A stretch of 64,000 bases of DNA. Origin: Podarcis cretensis (Eukaryota). Below, piece by piece: positions 37,590 to 50,349 of this stretch. Location: the NCBI GenBank assembly GCA_951804945.1, contig OX638158.1, positions 31,930,001 to 31,994,000 on the forward strand, given 5' to 3'. The translations under genes and the position numbers were made by a program. Each line of letters begins with the position of its first letter. Within the stretch, counting starts at the first letter, position 1. The notes below the pieces were generated by a model that searched no databases, was not told where the DNA came from, and was given only the letters and a program-made list of their open reading frames with translations.

Positions 37590-37850
37590 ACTCTAGTGTT
37601 AAGCTGTTCAGGGCTTTAAAGGTATAAAAATGACACTTTGCATTGAACTTGGAAATATTGGTTAACTTTGTAGAACTATTAATACTGCAGAGGTGCTGAA
37701 ACTAGTGTGTCCTGCTTAACAGTTTATCGGTTGAGTTTGGAACCAGATGAAGTTTCTGAACCAGTTTTAAATGCAACCCCATATACAACATATAACAGTA
37801 GTCAAACTCTGAAATTTCCAGAGGGTGTAAAACTATGTCTAGGCTATCAT
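37590..37850 (-). mobile_element. Degraded L2 LINE ORF2 fragment
   Basis: FDYCYMLYMGLHLKLVQKLHLVPN resembles L2 LDYCNALYxGLPLKxxxKLQLVQN. Confidence 0.7.
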
Positions 37851-38448
37851 AGTAAAAGCAAGTATTACAGTTGAGAGAAGAAAAGGAGGTCTCACTAACC
37901 CAAAAGCTAGTCATAAGTTGTATATTAATAAATTTCAGTCTTTAAAGCTGATGTGTTTTATAAAATGGGGTTTCATGATACGTCAAACTGTAGAATGTGT
38001 TTAAATAGTATGTTCTGTACTTCCTAGTAGCCTCTTTGTGCTTGTCTGCTCCCCAATCTGTGATGAGGGTTGAATTTGGATGGTTAGAAGCTGTACCTAG
38101 TGAGGAAGAAATTATCTGTAGCTTCTGATGACACTGCTAAGCCCTAAGACTTTCTGGATTTTTAAGCATTTGCAGAGGGGGAGGAGTGCTTAAGTGTGTG
38201 GTCACAGGTTATGAATGGCAACTCCGGTGTCTTAAAAGCTTTTAAGTAGCCACTACATTGCCCTAGATATTTGAATTCACCTGTAGTTTTCCTTCCTCTC
38301 AAAATTTTTAATTCTTAAGAAGCAGAATGCATATGGAGTCCTATTGGGCTATGTAGCAGGGTTTCCTGTAGGTGCTAGGAAGATTTATTATTATTATGAG
38401 CAGCTACTTATTTTTGTTACAACTGTGATTATCAATTTTTCTCCTCAG

Positions 38449-38505
38449 CACAATAAATAAAGACCAGTTTTCTAAAAGGAAAAATGATACACTGGACCCT
38501 GAACA
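38449..38505 (+). CDS. EP300: EP300 exon 21 (57 nt)
   Basis: cctcag|CACAAT...GAACA|gtaagt; TINKDQFSKRKNDTLDPE. Confidence 0.95.
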
Positions 38506-39193
38506 GTAAGTCATGCTTGAGCAGCTCAAATCACTTGTCATTTTAAAGATGAAATAAAGTTTTTTTCACCATTTATTCATTTATTTATTTTTGCAGGGTG
38601 TGGGAGGGGTGGGTGGAAGGCTTTAGCATTATTCTCTTAGTTTATCACCTGCAATATTGATGATGTGTTGTACTTTAAGAAAGCAAATATTTGCCTGCCT
38701 AAGTATAGCCACATAATCTGAGTTTGGGGTAGAAAAGCCTTTGATTACTTTAGTCAATATTACAAATTTATATTGAATATATTTGTTTTGAAGTATAAAA
38801 AATTGACTTCACTTTTTCAAAAGCCTCCCAATCCTCTTTGTAAACATTTAACTGTGCTTTGTCATGTACCTAGTTCTGCCTTCAGACTTAGATGTACAGG
38901 AATCTTAGTTGCTGTGAATTCTTTTAGTAGTGGAATGTAAGAAATGAGAAGCTATATAATGCATAACTAAAATCAATGTAGACCATATGGGGAGTAGTGG
39001 TTTGCATTTGGGCATAGTACACTAGACTGTTGCTGAGAAAAGATGCATGTACAGCAGATCAACAGGTTTGAAACTGTACAGTTCTGAATATTTTGTACTT
39101 GGGCTACATAATCTTCAGTTCCAACACATTTTTTCTAAATCAGTTATCTTCAACAACTTCCTGTGTTGCTTATACTTTGATTCTCTCTTCCAG

Positions 39194-39271
39194 GTTTGTT
39201 GAATGTATAGAATGTGGAAGAAAAATGCATCAGATTTGTGTGCTTCACAATGAGACAATCTGGCCATCTGG
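39194..39271 (+). CDS. EP300: EP300 exon 22 (78 nt), PHD
   Basis: ttccag|GTTTGT...TCTGG|gtgggt; FVECIECGRKMHQICVLH. Confidence 0.96.
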
Positions 39272-40098
39272 GTGGGTTGCTTCCTGCTTTTTCTTTCCTT
39301 TTTTCTTACAAAAATGGTAATTTGTTGATGATGTGCTTCTTGTGTACAATTAAAAATGACAAAATGACTACAGTTCTATCTGAAAAGAGTGCTGGTGATC
39401 TAATTAAAAACAGCAACCATGCTAGCTTAAAATTGTTTTTCTAAAATGCTTGCCATTAAGTTACTATTTTCAAGTCAGTTGATAAACTTGCCCTCTTAAT
39501 ATACATTTGTTAACATGCTCCTATGTAATATCAATGCTGCCTTTAGAGGGACTTTCTACAACTCAGATCCCAGGAAGCTTGATTTTCTAGTTCCAATAAC
39601 CTTACTACTGCTGCCACAGATCACAGAATGCACAGAGAGCATCATTTATATGGTCCATGATGCAGTATTTCAGAAGGCAGGCCAACATTCTCCACAGCAT
39701 CCTCCATTCTGTCCATCTGGTATATTGTCCTAGTTGGGATTTATGCTCTCCTTTGAAGAAAGTGCTGTAGGGAAACTGCTGAAGTGGTAGTATAGTGTAC
39801 ATTAATCATTGGATCAGCTTAAAATTAGTGCTCATCTTAAACCGGAAAAGGGAATTTAATTGATAAAACATATTTTTGGCAATAAGACCTTTCAGTGATT
39901 TTCTAATTTATTGTTGATACATACTAAAACATTGATCAAATCCAATATGCTATCCTTTTTTAAAAAAAGAAATAATGGTTGAAATAAATACTGGGTATCA
40001 GGATGTTAGAAAATATCAAAGGAATATTTTTGTGGAGATTATTCACCTTTTTGTTAAGAATATATTTTGAATTTCTTTTTTCCCCATTTCTATTTCAG

Positions 40099-40166
40099 CT
40101 TTGTTTGTGATGGTTGCCTAAAGAAAACTGGGCGGACCCGGAGAGAAAATAAATTTTGTGCTCGAA
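40099..40166 (+). CDS. EP300: EP300 exon 23 (68 nt), PHD end
   Basis: tttcag|CTTTGT...TCGAA|gtaagt; FVCDGCLKK...ENKF. Confidence 0.95.
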
Positions 40167-41574
40167 GTAAGTGAAGATACTCCTTGTCTTCCTCAACCCT
40201 TTGGCTGCTTTATTTAAAGCATTTTAATCCTGTCTTTCCTTCAATATGGCTAACAACAACATTAAAAATCAATACAATAGAGAATTTCAAGTACAACAAA
40301 AATAAAATAGCAAGTTAAAATAACAGTCCCAATTGCCCACTTATAACTTTTTAGCAAAATTAAAACTCTAAAGTCCAAGAGCCTTCATAAAAAGAAGAGT
40401 TTCCCTTGGCAGGGAGTTCCAGAGGCTGGACACAGAACCTGAAAAGGTCTCATGGACCCAGCAAGATGCATTTCAGGGGTCAGAGCATCCACTTGATGCT
40501 CACTTACCGATTAGGAAATAAATCTTACTAATTTCAGAAGATCCTATAGCTAAGTGATACGTTGAGAACTGTTGTTATTACATGCTGTTTTTTTCACTGA
40601 GCCACAGAAATTAACTTGAGGTAGTCTATTGACCAGATCAGTTCCATTTGGGTACTGACAATATTCCTCTATCAGGAACATGATCCTAACGTTACTCCGC
40701 CTTTAAGGTGGAATTTTGAATCTTTGGTCATTTTTATAATAAGAAATTAGGCAAGTATAGAAGTCCTTGCCTATCAGTAACCGCCTGGTAACTTGCTCTG
40801 ACAAGGTGCAATAGGAGGCCCAGATCTCTGCACATCCTTGAAATATGGAAGACATTAACTTGCAGCCAAACACTTGGAGTTTTCCCCATTATCCTAAAAT
40901 GGAAACCAAGCCACTATATGAGCCTGATACTTAAAGTCTCAACATCTGTTTGCTTTCCCCCCATAATTAAAGCTTCCTGGATTTATTGGGATCATTGCTT
41001 GAGAATTGGGGTGGGGGTGGGGATGTTGTATTGTGCATGCTATTTGATTTCCAGTTTCTTTCCTAATCATTCCCAATACTGTTTGCCTTTTTTCTATGCT
41101 GCTGCATGCAGTGTTTTTAGTGAGCTATACACAGATAACTTTTTCCTAAGTAGTCCGTTCAGGAACAATCTTGCTAGTATGGCGGACAGTTTAAGGTGCT
41201 GGAGATAGATCTTAAAAGAGCTCTAGTGCCCTGCTAGGGACATCATGACAAGCATATGGTCAAAAAGTACTGGAATCATGCTTCTAGATGAATTCTACTT
41301 TCTTCATTTAGGCGATATATATGCCTGATGCTATCCTCTTTTCTTGGGGAGAACATTATGCAGATGTTAATTACTAGCTTTATTGAAAACTGTTAGCAGG
41401 TTAGTTCAGTTCTACATCATTCAGTTGGTAGATTAATAGGCAGAAGTTTTAGATTAACATCAAGGGCAAAAGCGTGCAAATTTTAATCAGTGGGTCTCAA
41501 GGTATATTATATTAGGCGATTTTGGTGTTGATGTTTACTGTAATAGTATGCTGAGAGTTCTTTGTTTTATACAG

Positions 41575-41725
41575 GGTTACCAGCCACAAGACTTGGTACA
41601 TTCTTAGAGAACAGAGTGAATGAGTTCCTAAGAAGACAGAATCACCCTGAGTCAGGCGAAGTCATAGTTAGGGTGGTTCATACTTCAGAGAAAACTGTAG
41701 AGGTAAAGCCAGGGATGAAAGCAAG
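41575..41725 (+). CDS. EP300: EP300 exon 24 (151 nt), HAT
   Basis: atacag|GGTTAC...GCAAG|gtatgt; LPATRLGTFLENRVN...VEVKPGMKAR. Confidence 0.97.
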
Positions 41726-42687
41726 GTATGTTTTTCCTCAAGTCTTTGAGTTATGTTTCCTTATGAATCCTCTAGTTGCACAGTTACTATGTGTGTTAAA
41801 GCAATGCATAATATATCATTTTCGTAATCAAAGAGCACTTGGCAATATCTTTGCCATCAATCGTATCTCACATTTATGAGTTTCAAACTGTTATTTCTAT
41901 GACTTTCCCATTATAACAGTTTTTTTTTTTAAAGTAAGGTGAATTAATTCAAAAATGTTGATCATAGGGATTAAATAGAGTATTGGCTTTTCATAATTTA
42001 TATCTAAAAGATAAAATTTAAGGAGTAAAACATAATATTTCAGTAGGCTGTAGATACCCTGAACTGCTAAGTTTTCATTTGCAGGCTAAGGTGGTCAGAT
42101 CTCTTCTAATGTTAAGATACTTCCTTGCTTCCCCACACTCCCCATGGAATGTCATAATGTGAAGTGTTTTTAATGCTGCTATTATAGTATGAATGATTAT
42201 AACAATTAGGACATTCACTGTTGGTTGCATATCTTGTTACTTAGATTTCATACAATGAATTGTAAGGGTGAGGAGAAAAGGTATGTGGGAGATGTTGGGA
42301 AAGACTAGGAAATGAAGGGTAGTAAATTAATCACATTAAGGAGACTGAACAGGCATCTCTTATTGTTTAATTCTTATCAGAGATGGCTCTAATTCTCTCC
42401 ATAGTTACCGGTGTGCTCATTTAGGTTTTGTGCAGTTTATTAATTAGACACGTGGTTATGCTATCAAGACATTTAAAGCTGTTTTCATCATTAAGGTTAA
42501 ACTACAGCAGAACAAGGCAGTTAAAACAAATCCATTATAAAATAAATAGCAGAAGTTACTAATTTTTATTTTGGGTACGATATCTGCATTTTTGAAACTG
42601 TACCACATGACTAGAATTTCGGTTACCTTTATTCTGTCATGCTTGTATTCAAAGAATGCCTTTAAATTATGTCTTTACATTTTGCAG

Positions 42688-42834
42688 GTTTGTAGATAGT
42701 GGAGAGATGGCAGAACAATTCCCTTATCGAACAAAAGCCCTCTTTGCTTTTGAGGAGATTGATGGTGTCGATTTGTGCTTTTTTGGTATGCATGTTCAGG
42801 AGTATGGATCAGATTGCCCTCAACCCAATCAGAG
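42688..42834 (+). CDS. EP300: EP300 exon 25 (147 nt), HAT
   Basis: ttgcag|GTTTGT...CAGAG|gtaaag; [30 protein letters not shown]. Confidence 0.97.
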
Positions 42835-43607
42835 GTAAAGAAATACACTCATGAAGTTTTATTATTTTGATGGTAGTTAGGTTTGGATTGTTGCTAGATA
42901 TGCCATTTTGAAGGTTTAAGAAAGGTTGAATTATTTGCCCAAAATCAAACTGCAAGATTCGTTGTAAATGTCTACAGTTACCCTCTACTCCTGCTCCATC
43001 TCTGACTTTCCTTTCTGATGGTTGATTCTCTCCCCCCCCCCCCAAATGCAGGCACAACTGTGTTTACTTCATAGAAGCAACTGGAATGTTTTTATCTTTA
43101 AGGTTTTATGGTTTTTGGCTAGCTTTGCTAGGCAAGCCAAAAATTGTGGTTGCCAGGTTCGCTCTTCCCACCCTGTCCCATCCCCCCGTGGCTTGATGGA
43201 GGCAATCGCCTCCACTCAGCAGCAAAAGAAGTCCTGTGGGAAAGGCAGGCCAGGACCATTCTGGCTTCACCAGTGCTCAACAAAGGAGCTCAAAGTAATG
43301 GCCAAAGACTGTCCCCCTTCTATGGGAGAGAGGGAGTGTCACCATTGAGCAGCCACTGAAGAAGCCCTCAAAGCAGATTGGTGTTGGTTTTAAGCCCATA
43401 TGTTCAAAGTGGGGGCTTGGAGCAATGAAGATGATAACCAACCCACACCTTCTTCCTAACCTTAGAACTGGGGAGAGGGGCAGGGATCATCAGAATGCTT
43501 CCAGGGGACAATCTCCACCCATCTTTGGAGCATCAGAGTTGGCAGAAGACTCCCCATGGCACTCCCCATGGCAAGCATAATTGTTGAAGCTTGTTTATCT
43601 TTTATAT

Positions 43608-43609
<2 letters not shown>

Positions 43610-43660
<51 letters not shown>
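43610..43660. repeat. (AAT)n microsatellite
   Basis: About 17 perfect units. Confidence 0.95.
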
Positions 43661-43661
<1 letters not shown>

Positions 43662-43923
43662 TTTTCCCCTTAAATTCAGTATTTTCTATAGTATTAAATG
43701 AATAAGCTCATCTGCTCATATTGGTCTTCTACTTGCGGATGGATTGTTAAACTATTGCAATAACTGTTGGGAGATGTATCCTGAGACCATTGTGCTAGCC
43801 ACATAATGTGCCCATATCTCTTGAATGGGGGAAAGTAGCCTATGAGTGACCTATTTATATAGGTCAAGTAATGCCTAAAGTTTTAATGCAAGCTAAGTAC
43901 TCGGTATTTGAGAGATGTTAATA

Positions 43924-44210
43924 CAGTGGTGCCCCGCAAGACGAATGCATCGCAAGACGAAAAACCCGCTAGACGAAAGGGTTTTCCGTTTTGGAGGTGC
44001 TTCGCAAGACAAATTTCCCTATGGGCTTGCTTCGCAAGACGAAAATGTCTTGCGAGTTTTTCCGACTTTTCCCCCCTTTCCCCCCCTTTTGCTAAGCCGC
44101 TAAGCCGCTAATAGTGCTAATCCGCTAAGCCGCTAATGGGCTTGCTTCGCAAGACGAAAAAACCGCTAGACGAAGAGACTCGCGGAACGGATTCTTGCGA
44201 GGCACCACTG
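43924..44210 (+). mobile_element. Tc1/mariner MITE, copy A
   Basis: TA|CAGTGGTGCCCCGCAAG...CTTGCGAGGCACCACTG|TA; internal CGCAAGACGAA repeats. Confidence 0.92.
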
Positions 44211-45151
44211 TACTTCTTAGAAGTGGCACCATGTAAACCAGTACCACATTCTTTTCTCCTGACATTATTTCTATTTATTATGCTGCATTGTTAATGAGAC
44301 TATATATGTTTGTTACTGTAATAGACTTGCCTTACAAAACACTTGAGAACATCCAATGTCTGAGGCTTGCATGCCAGAGAGAGATCTAGCCCAACAAGTT
44401 TGCAGGACTGGTTTAAATATCAACTGTGACTTGATACTATAAAGACTCTCCTCCTGCAAGAGAGGGGAGTGGTTGTGGTCGGGAGCCAGGCTCCGCCTCA
44501 AGCAGGGGACATTAGCCCCCTGCCTCCCACTCACCTGGCTGGCGCCCACGCCCACGGGCAGGCACCCAGCCAGGTGCCTGCGAGGGGGCGTGTTTAGCAG
44601 CCTAAATTGCTGCGGCGCCAGCCTTCCGGCCTCACTTTTCGTCGTCCCGTCGCGAGTCTATAAGTACAAACCTTCAAGGAGCTTTTGACTTGTATGTGCA
44701 CTTTTTGCCCTCCATTGCACAGGACAGTTCCCTTTCTGGTCTGAGGCAAGTCAGAGTTAGTCATTTTGTCTGAACTGTCAAACTATGGTTAGTACTTCAC
44801 CTGTGGGCCAGTATTGGAAACAAAAGTTTGATCCCGTTTTCTGGCCAAAGACAAATCCTAGTTTTCCAGTTCACATAAAATCACAGCATGCAAGCCTAAA
44901 GCTTCTTGAAGGTTCATTCTAGTAGCACCAAACCAAGGTTTGACATTATGACTGAACCTTTCTGACATTAATTTCTTCCAGAGATGAGTGCTGTAAAATA
45001 AAATATAAAACAAGGGCACCCAACTTTTGGAGTTTTAAGGCCACCTTTGGAGATCTAAAACTCTCATGGGCATCCCAAGATATAAGTTTCAGAGAAGAAG
45101 AAAATAGTGATGCTCAGAATACCCCCCCCCCCAACAGACAAAACACCTATA

Positions 45152-45430
45152 CAGTGGTGCCTCGCAAGACGAAATTAATCCGTTCCGCGAGTCTCTTCGT
45201 CTTGCGGTTTTTTCATCTTGCGAAGCACGGCTGTTAGCGGCTTAGCAGCTATTAACGGCTTAGCGGCTTTAAGAAAAAGGAAACAAACTTGAAAGAACTC
45301 GCAAGACGTTTCGTCTTGCGAAGCATGCCCATAGGGAAATTCGTCTTGCGGAACGACTCAAAAAACGGAAAACTCTTTCGTCCAGCGAGTTTTTCGTCTT
45401 GCGAGGCATTCGTCTTGCGGGGCACCACTG
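45152..45430 (-). mobile_element. Tc1/mariner MITE, copy B (same family, inverted relative to copy A)
   Basis: TA-flanked TIRs; the reverse complement aligns with 43924..44210. Appears nested in an older hAT-like remnant (about 45012..45615). Confidence 0.92.
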
Positions 45431-45868
45431 TACAAAAAGCAGTTAACATACCCTCTAAAATAGGCAACCTTCCCCAGAACAAATACAAGACAAGCAAGCC
45501 CCCCGAAAGCTCATTTAAAGAAACATTAGAACTGAAGGGCAAGAGGTATTGGTGGCCACTAAGGGGGTGTCAATGAGGACACCATGGTGCCCACAGGTGC
45601 CATGTTGGTGACCCAAAGTATAGAATATTACATGGCAAATAGAGAAAAAGTTTGGGCAGGGAAATGGCAATGTAATTGAGATAGCTATGTAAACAAAACA
45701 AAAATGTGAAGGAAGACAAATTACTCAAATGTTGAAAGTACCTTAATTCAAACACCAACAGACATTTTTCCGTGGTAATGGGGGGGGGGGGAAATGGAAT
45801 GGTGAGGTATTTGAATAATGCTTCTGGTTATGGCCTGGATTTATGAATGTTCTCTGTTCTTTATCTAG

Positions 45869-45982
45869 GAGAGTATACATATCTTACCTTGACAGTGTTC
45901 ACTTCTTCCGCCCCAAATGCCTGAGGACTGCTGTATATCATGAAATCCTAATAGGATACCTAGAATACGTTAAAAAGTTGGG
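45869..45982 (+). CDS. EP300: EP300 exon 26 (114 nt), HAT
   Basis: atctag|GAGAGT...TTGGG|gtaagc; [33 protein letters not shown]. Confidence 0.97.
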
Positions 45983-47883
45983 GTAAGCTTTCTGTTCTTT
46001 TGCAATAAACTCCATACTATCCCAAATGATTGAAAATGATAGATCTTCAGAAGTAAATTGTGGGTATAGTTGTGCCCAAATTAGTAATTAACCTTAATGA
46101 GCAAGAATATACAGTTAGGTTGCTTGTGGCAACCATACAGTACATTTTAGGTCCCTTCAATATATGGGCAGAAGTCAGTATATAGAGAAGTTCCAGCTTG
46201 ACAAGTCTGATCTGTTTGTAAAGGAAAACAATTCCTGCAGTGCTGCCTTACAAAAATAAAAATAGTCTTAAATGTTGTCTTCTATTATTGTATTGATCAG
46301 TGATATGAAAATCTCTTGTAATTGCTTTCAAATAACCCACCTATGGCGTAAAACTTCTTTTCCGTCTCTACCTTTTCACTGAATTATTTTCTTTAATGTC
46401 TCTTTTTAAAAGTTTGTATATCTGAGGGCAGAGCCTATGTCTCATTTTATGTAGTGATAGTCACCAGCACTGAGTAGAAATTTTGACGCATGAGGTGCTT
46501 CAGGAGATAATGTGTCTGGAGGGGGGGAGAGAAAAGAAACCAGGGTGGATTGATTGAAAATAAATAAAACCAGCATGATGTAAGAGGACTCATTTAACTA
46601 GATTAACCTGAATTAATTTAACCAAATTGTAGACAAAACTAAGTAAATGACAAAGTGAAATAAGCCAGAGGAAGTGGGGTGGATTTGAAGAAAATGTAGA
46701 ATAATTAGTGATATGCTTATAAAAAGAGGTCCCACAAATATCTCTGTTGTTAAAAAGGTGTCTAATTATACAAATTTTGAAATCTAAGCAAAGGAACAGT
46801 TTAAGATCTGTATCAATGGGGTTTTGATGTTTCTGCTTTTTTAAATCATAGTTGCTACATAATTCTTGCCTGGGTAAAGTAACCCTTTTCTCTACTTAAA
46901 TGTTCTTTGCTATCAAATGAAGCAGATAGAAGTTGGCTACCCAAAATAAACTGTCACAGATTTATAAGCTGCTGACCACCACATCTTGGTTGTTGAGAAG
47001 ATAAGCTGTAGAAGACTGAGGAAAGGGTGCATTCTGCCATTAAATTGTAACTATAATGGTAGAAATGGGCACACAAGCAAACGTTAAAGTAGAAATTGGC
47101 TGATAAAGCAGCAGGAAATATTGGTCAAGTTGCTTCAAGGGGAAGAAGCATAGGCAGTAGATTCTGAACAATTTGACTTCAGGACCTAGCATTTCCTTGA
47201 GCACCCCAGAATCTCCTCCCATCTGTCGTAAGTATTGAAAGGGAGTGGTGCTGGCAGTGATTACCAGATAGTTCAGGTGCAACTGGTCTGCCTTACAAGG
47301 CTGTTGTGCAGCAGTTGCACAAGGAATTATAGATAAATGGAAGGGACAAGGAACTACCCAGCATCTGGTTGGGGAGGGTATATAGGGCAAAATAGTTTAG
47401 AAAGAATGGTGAGCATTCTAAATCTGACATATCTTTCCATCCCCAAAGAAAAGGAGCCTAAATTCAATAAGACAATATTAATAAAACCATTAAAAACTCA
47501 GATTTCTCCCAGTTTTGCAAGTATTATTGAGCATAGCCTGTAACTGTTTTCAAACAGAGATTGGGTGGGTTGAGTTAGACAATAAGCTCTTTCCATCAGG
47601 CTTCTGAATCCCTTAGAATAGTTTAAAGGTATATGAATCAGTTCTGTTTCTGAAGCTAAGCAGTTTTGGGTCTGACCAGTTAACTTGGATGGAGAGGTCA
47701 TCTGCATCATTTATACATTGCTCCTTAGATGCAATATTTCTAGGCTGACCATGGCTCTGCTTGGAGGTTGTAAAAGAAACTCTTGCTCCTGAAAAGATGG
47801 ATAAATGAAGTGGGCAACACAGTGAAACACTATAATGAATAACAGAACTAATGGTATTGACTTTTTCCTTTAATTCCTATTAG

Positions 47884-48049
47884 TTATACAACGGGACATA
47901 TATGGGCCTGCCCACCTAGTGAAGGTGATGATTATATTTTCCATTGCCATCCTCCTGACCAAAAGATACCCAAACCCAAACGACTGCAAGAGTGGTACAA
48001 AAAGATGCTGGATAAATCTGTGTCAGAGCGCATAGTGCATGATTACAAG
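47884..48049 (+). CDS. EP300: EP300 exon 27 (166 nt), HAT catalytic core
   Basis: tattag|TTATAC...ACAAG|gttggt; HIWACPPSEGDDYIFHCHPPDQKIPKPKRLQEWY with the catalytic Trp/Tyr intact. Confidence 0.97.
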
Positions 48050-48353
48050 GTTGGTTGTGAATTAGTTTAAATATCACCTTTAGTTCTTGCCCCTTACATA
48101 TACTGGAACAGGAATTTATTTTGAGGAAAATGTCGAAATATTTTTGAGAATATTGCTTAGCTAACAGTACTTAAAAGGTAATGTCCGAGAAGCATTTGGA
48201 TCTTATGAAGCATTTCAAATTTGGTGGGTAGAAAAAAACTTGCACCGTAAACACCAGCACTATTTTTTAAAAGAATCCTGGAAGAAAAACAACTTTGAAG
48301 AATTAAAGTGTCCCAGCGTGGCTGGGGCAACCCAGTCAGATGGGCATGGTACA

Positions 48354-48403
<50 letters not shown>
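48354..48403. repeat. (ATT)n microsatellite
   Basis: About 16 perfect units. Confidence 0.95.
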
Positions 48404-48405
<2 letters not shown>

Positions 48406-48476
48406 TCTGCATGAGAATTTTTGCTTTTGCTGCTGTCATCAATGTGATGTGTACTGAGAAACATTTTGTGTTGCAG

Positions 48477-48641
48477 GATATTTTTAAGCAGGCAACAGAA
48501 GACCGTCTGACAAGTGCAAAAGAGCTGCCTTACTTTGAAGGAGACTTCTGGCCTAATGTTTTAGAAGAGAGCATTAAGGAGCTAGAGCAAGAGGAAGAGG
48601 AGCGAAAGAGAGAAGAGAACACTAGCAATGAGAGCACTGAT
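48477..48641 (+). CDS. EP300: EP300 exon 28 (165 nt), HAT
   Basis: ttgcag|GATATT...CTGAT|gtaagg; ELPYFEGDFWPNVLEESIKEL. Confidence 0.97.
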
Positions 48642-49061
48642 GTAAGGAAGTCATGTTTTCCCAACAAATGTCATTCATCACTTTCTTTCCTAAAATCTAC
48701 AAATGGCATATTAAACTGGACCCAAGATTCAGGAATCCCCTCTAGAATTAGTTATTAATTTCTAATAGGTTTGTTGGTGGAAAGGAATAAGGAACCAACC
48801 CCCAGCATTTTGTTTTCATTCAGGAATTACTTCTTAAAATTGCCTGAAGAACATTCTAGCTGCCATAGTTTTTGCCTCTTGTGTGAATAAGATCAAGACA
48901 TGAATATGTGCCTTACCTGGCTTAAGTTGCCACCTTTGCTTTTGGGACTGATGGATAATTGATGTGTTGTAATGACTTCTTGGTGGTTGCTTGTTTACTC
49001 TTGGGAACCAAATGTGTCTTGCCATTTTCAAGTTAGACTCAATTCTCCATTCACAATGCAG

Positions 49062-49223
49062 GTCAGCAAAGGAGATAGCAAAAATGCCAAAAAGAAAAAT
49101 AATAAGAAGACCAGTAAAAATAAGAGCAGCTTGAGTCGTGGTAATAAAAAGAAACCTGGAATGCCTAATGTCTCCAACGACCTTTCCCAGAAACTGTATG
49201 CCACTATGGAAAAGCATAAGGAG
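49062..49223 (+). CDS. EP300: EP300 exon 29 (162 nt), autoinhibitory loop
   Basis: atgcag|GTCAGC...AGGAG|gtaaga; KGDSKNAKKKNNKKTSKNK...KLYATMEKHKE. Confidence 0.97.
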
Positions 49224-49722
49224 GTAAGAACAATATTTAAAGTGTCTGAATGGCTGCAGCATCTAAGTGCAAGTGAAATATATCCTTGGACTGTAAAAGT
49301 AGGGGGTTTATTACTTCCATGTTGACTGAGGGAACTTTATGACCAAATAATAATCTTCTTTTCATTTGCCACACAAGTTAGACACTTTGTTAATTTAATC
49401 CAGTGGTCTGAGGCTTCTGACGGAATGTATTGAAATGAGCAGCAGGCTGCACACATACATTCTCTGTGGAACATTGTGGAAAGTAGTTGCATACATGTTT
49501 CTATTTGTGTTAAAAAGGGTTTTTTTAATCTTATTTCTCCTGGGTATTTAGATAATATAAAAAACAGAATCTTTTCGTATCTAATAAACCTATATAGATA
49601 TTTTAAGGGCTGTATTGTAAATTGGAAAGTTGAGCATTTTTGCCAAATTCTAAGGCATACTGTAAACCTATGAGCATATTATCAAGCACATGTGAGAGTA
49701 AGGAAAAACTGTGAAAGAAAAC

Positions 49723-49860
49723 AAGTGATTTTTTTCTAGAAAAATAGGCACCAGTACTCACCATGAAGTTGTTACAGTAAGTGCCACACTTTTTAACAAC
49801 AACCAAAGAGGTGCTGGTACTGCATACCCTTGAGGACCCCCTGGGAAAAAAAAAACACTG
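49723..49860. mobile_element. hAT MITE (older)
   Basis: AAGTGATTTTTTT...AAAAAAACACTG termini; TSD AAGAAAAC/AAGAAAAT. Confidence 0.7.
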
Positions 49861-50318
49861 AAGAAAATGCTCAATTCTGATCACATTGGGACATGCAATC
49901 AGGCTGACGTTGTTGAGGCACCATTGTGGCCAAGTGATTTTGGGTTGGTTTTGTTGTGGTAAATGAAGTTAAACATACAAATTGGAGCATTATAAACCAA
50001 ATAATCTGAATTTGCTTTGTATAACACAAAGTATTATAACTAGGTGTTTTACTATTTCAGGTATCTTTTAGGGCAGGGGTGGGAAACGTTCTAGCCCAGA
50101 GAGCCAAATTGTTATCTCTCCAACTCCTTGTAGGCCAAGTTTGACAGCTAGTTGTCCCTTAATTTCTTACTCTCAATGCTGCTGGGCCTGGCCCCTGATA
50201 TGTACAGCAGGGTGGGGCCCAGAGACATTGAGAATAAGGTTGATGGCACTTGTTGCCTAATGCCAAGCTCTTTTCTCTACAACACTGGGCCAAGGAAGTA
50301 CAGGGGGGCTAGAGTTGC

Positions 50319-50319
<1 letters not shown>

Positions 50320-50346
<27 letters not shown>
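50320..50346. repeat. (CTG)9 intronic microsatellite
   Basis: Direct reading. Confidence 0.9.

Positions 50347-50349
<3 letters not shown>

Noticed and set aside
38452-38558. AATAAA hexamers in exon 21 and at the start of intron 21
   Set aside because: The exonic ones follow from Thr-Ile-Asn-Lys codons; the hexamer is common in AT-rich introns and lies close to a strong donor
43924-44210. Repeated CGCAAGACGAA units resembling a CRISPR array
   Set aside because: Vertebrate intron; these are irregular subterminal repeats within a TA-flanked MITE and there are no cas genes
48240-48476. In-frame extension of exon 28 with poly-Ile
   Set aside because: Intronic (ATT)n repeat; a good acceptor at 48476 gives the expected exon size and phase
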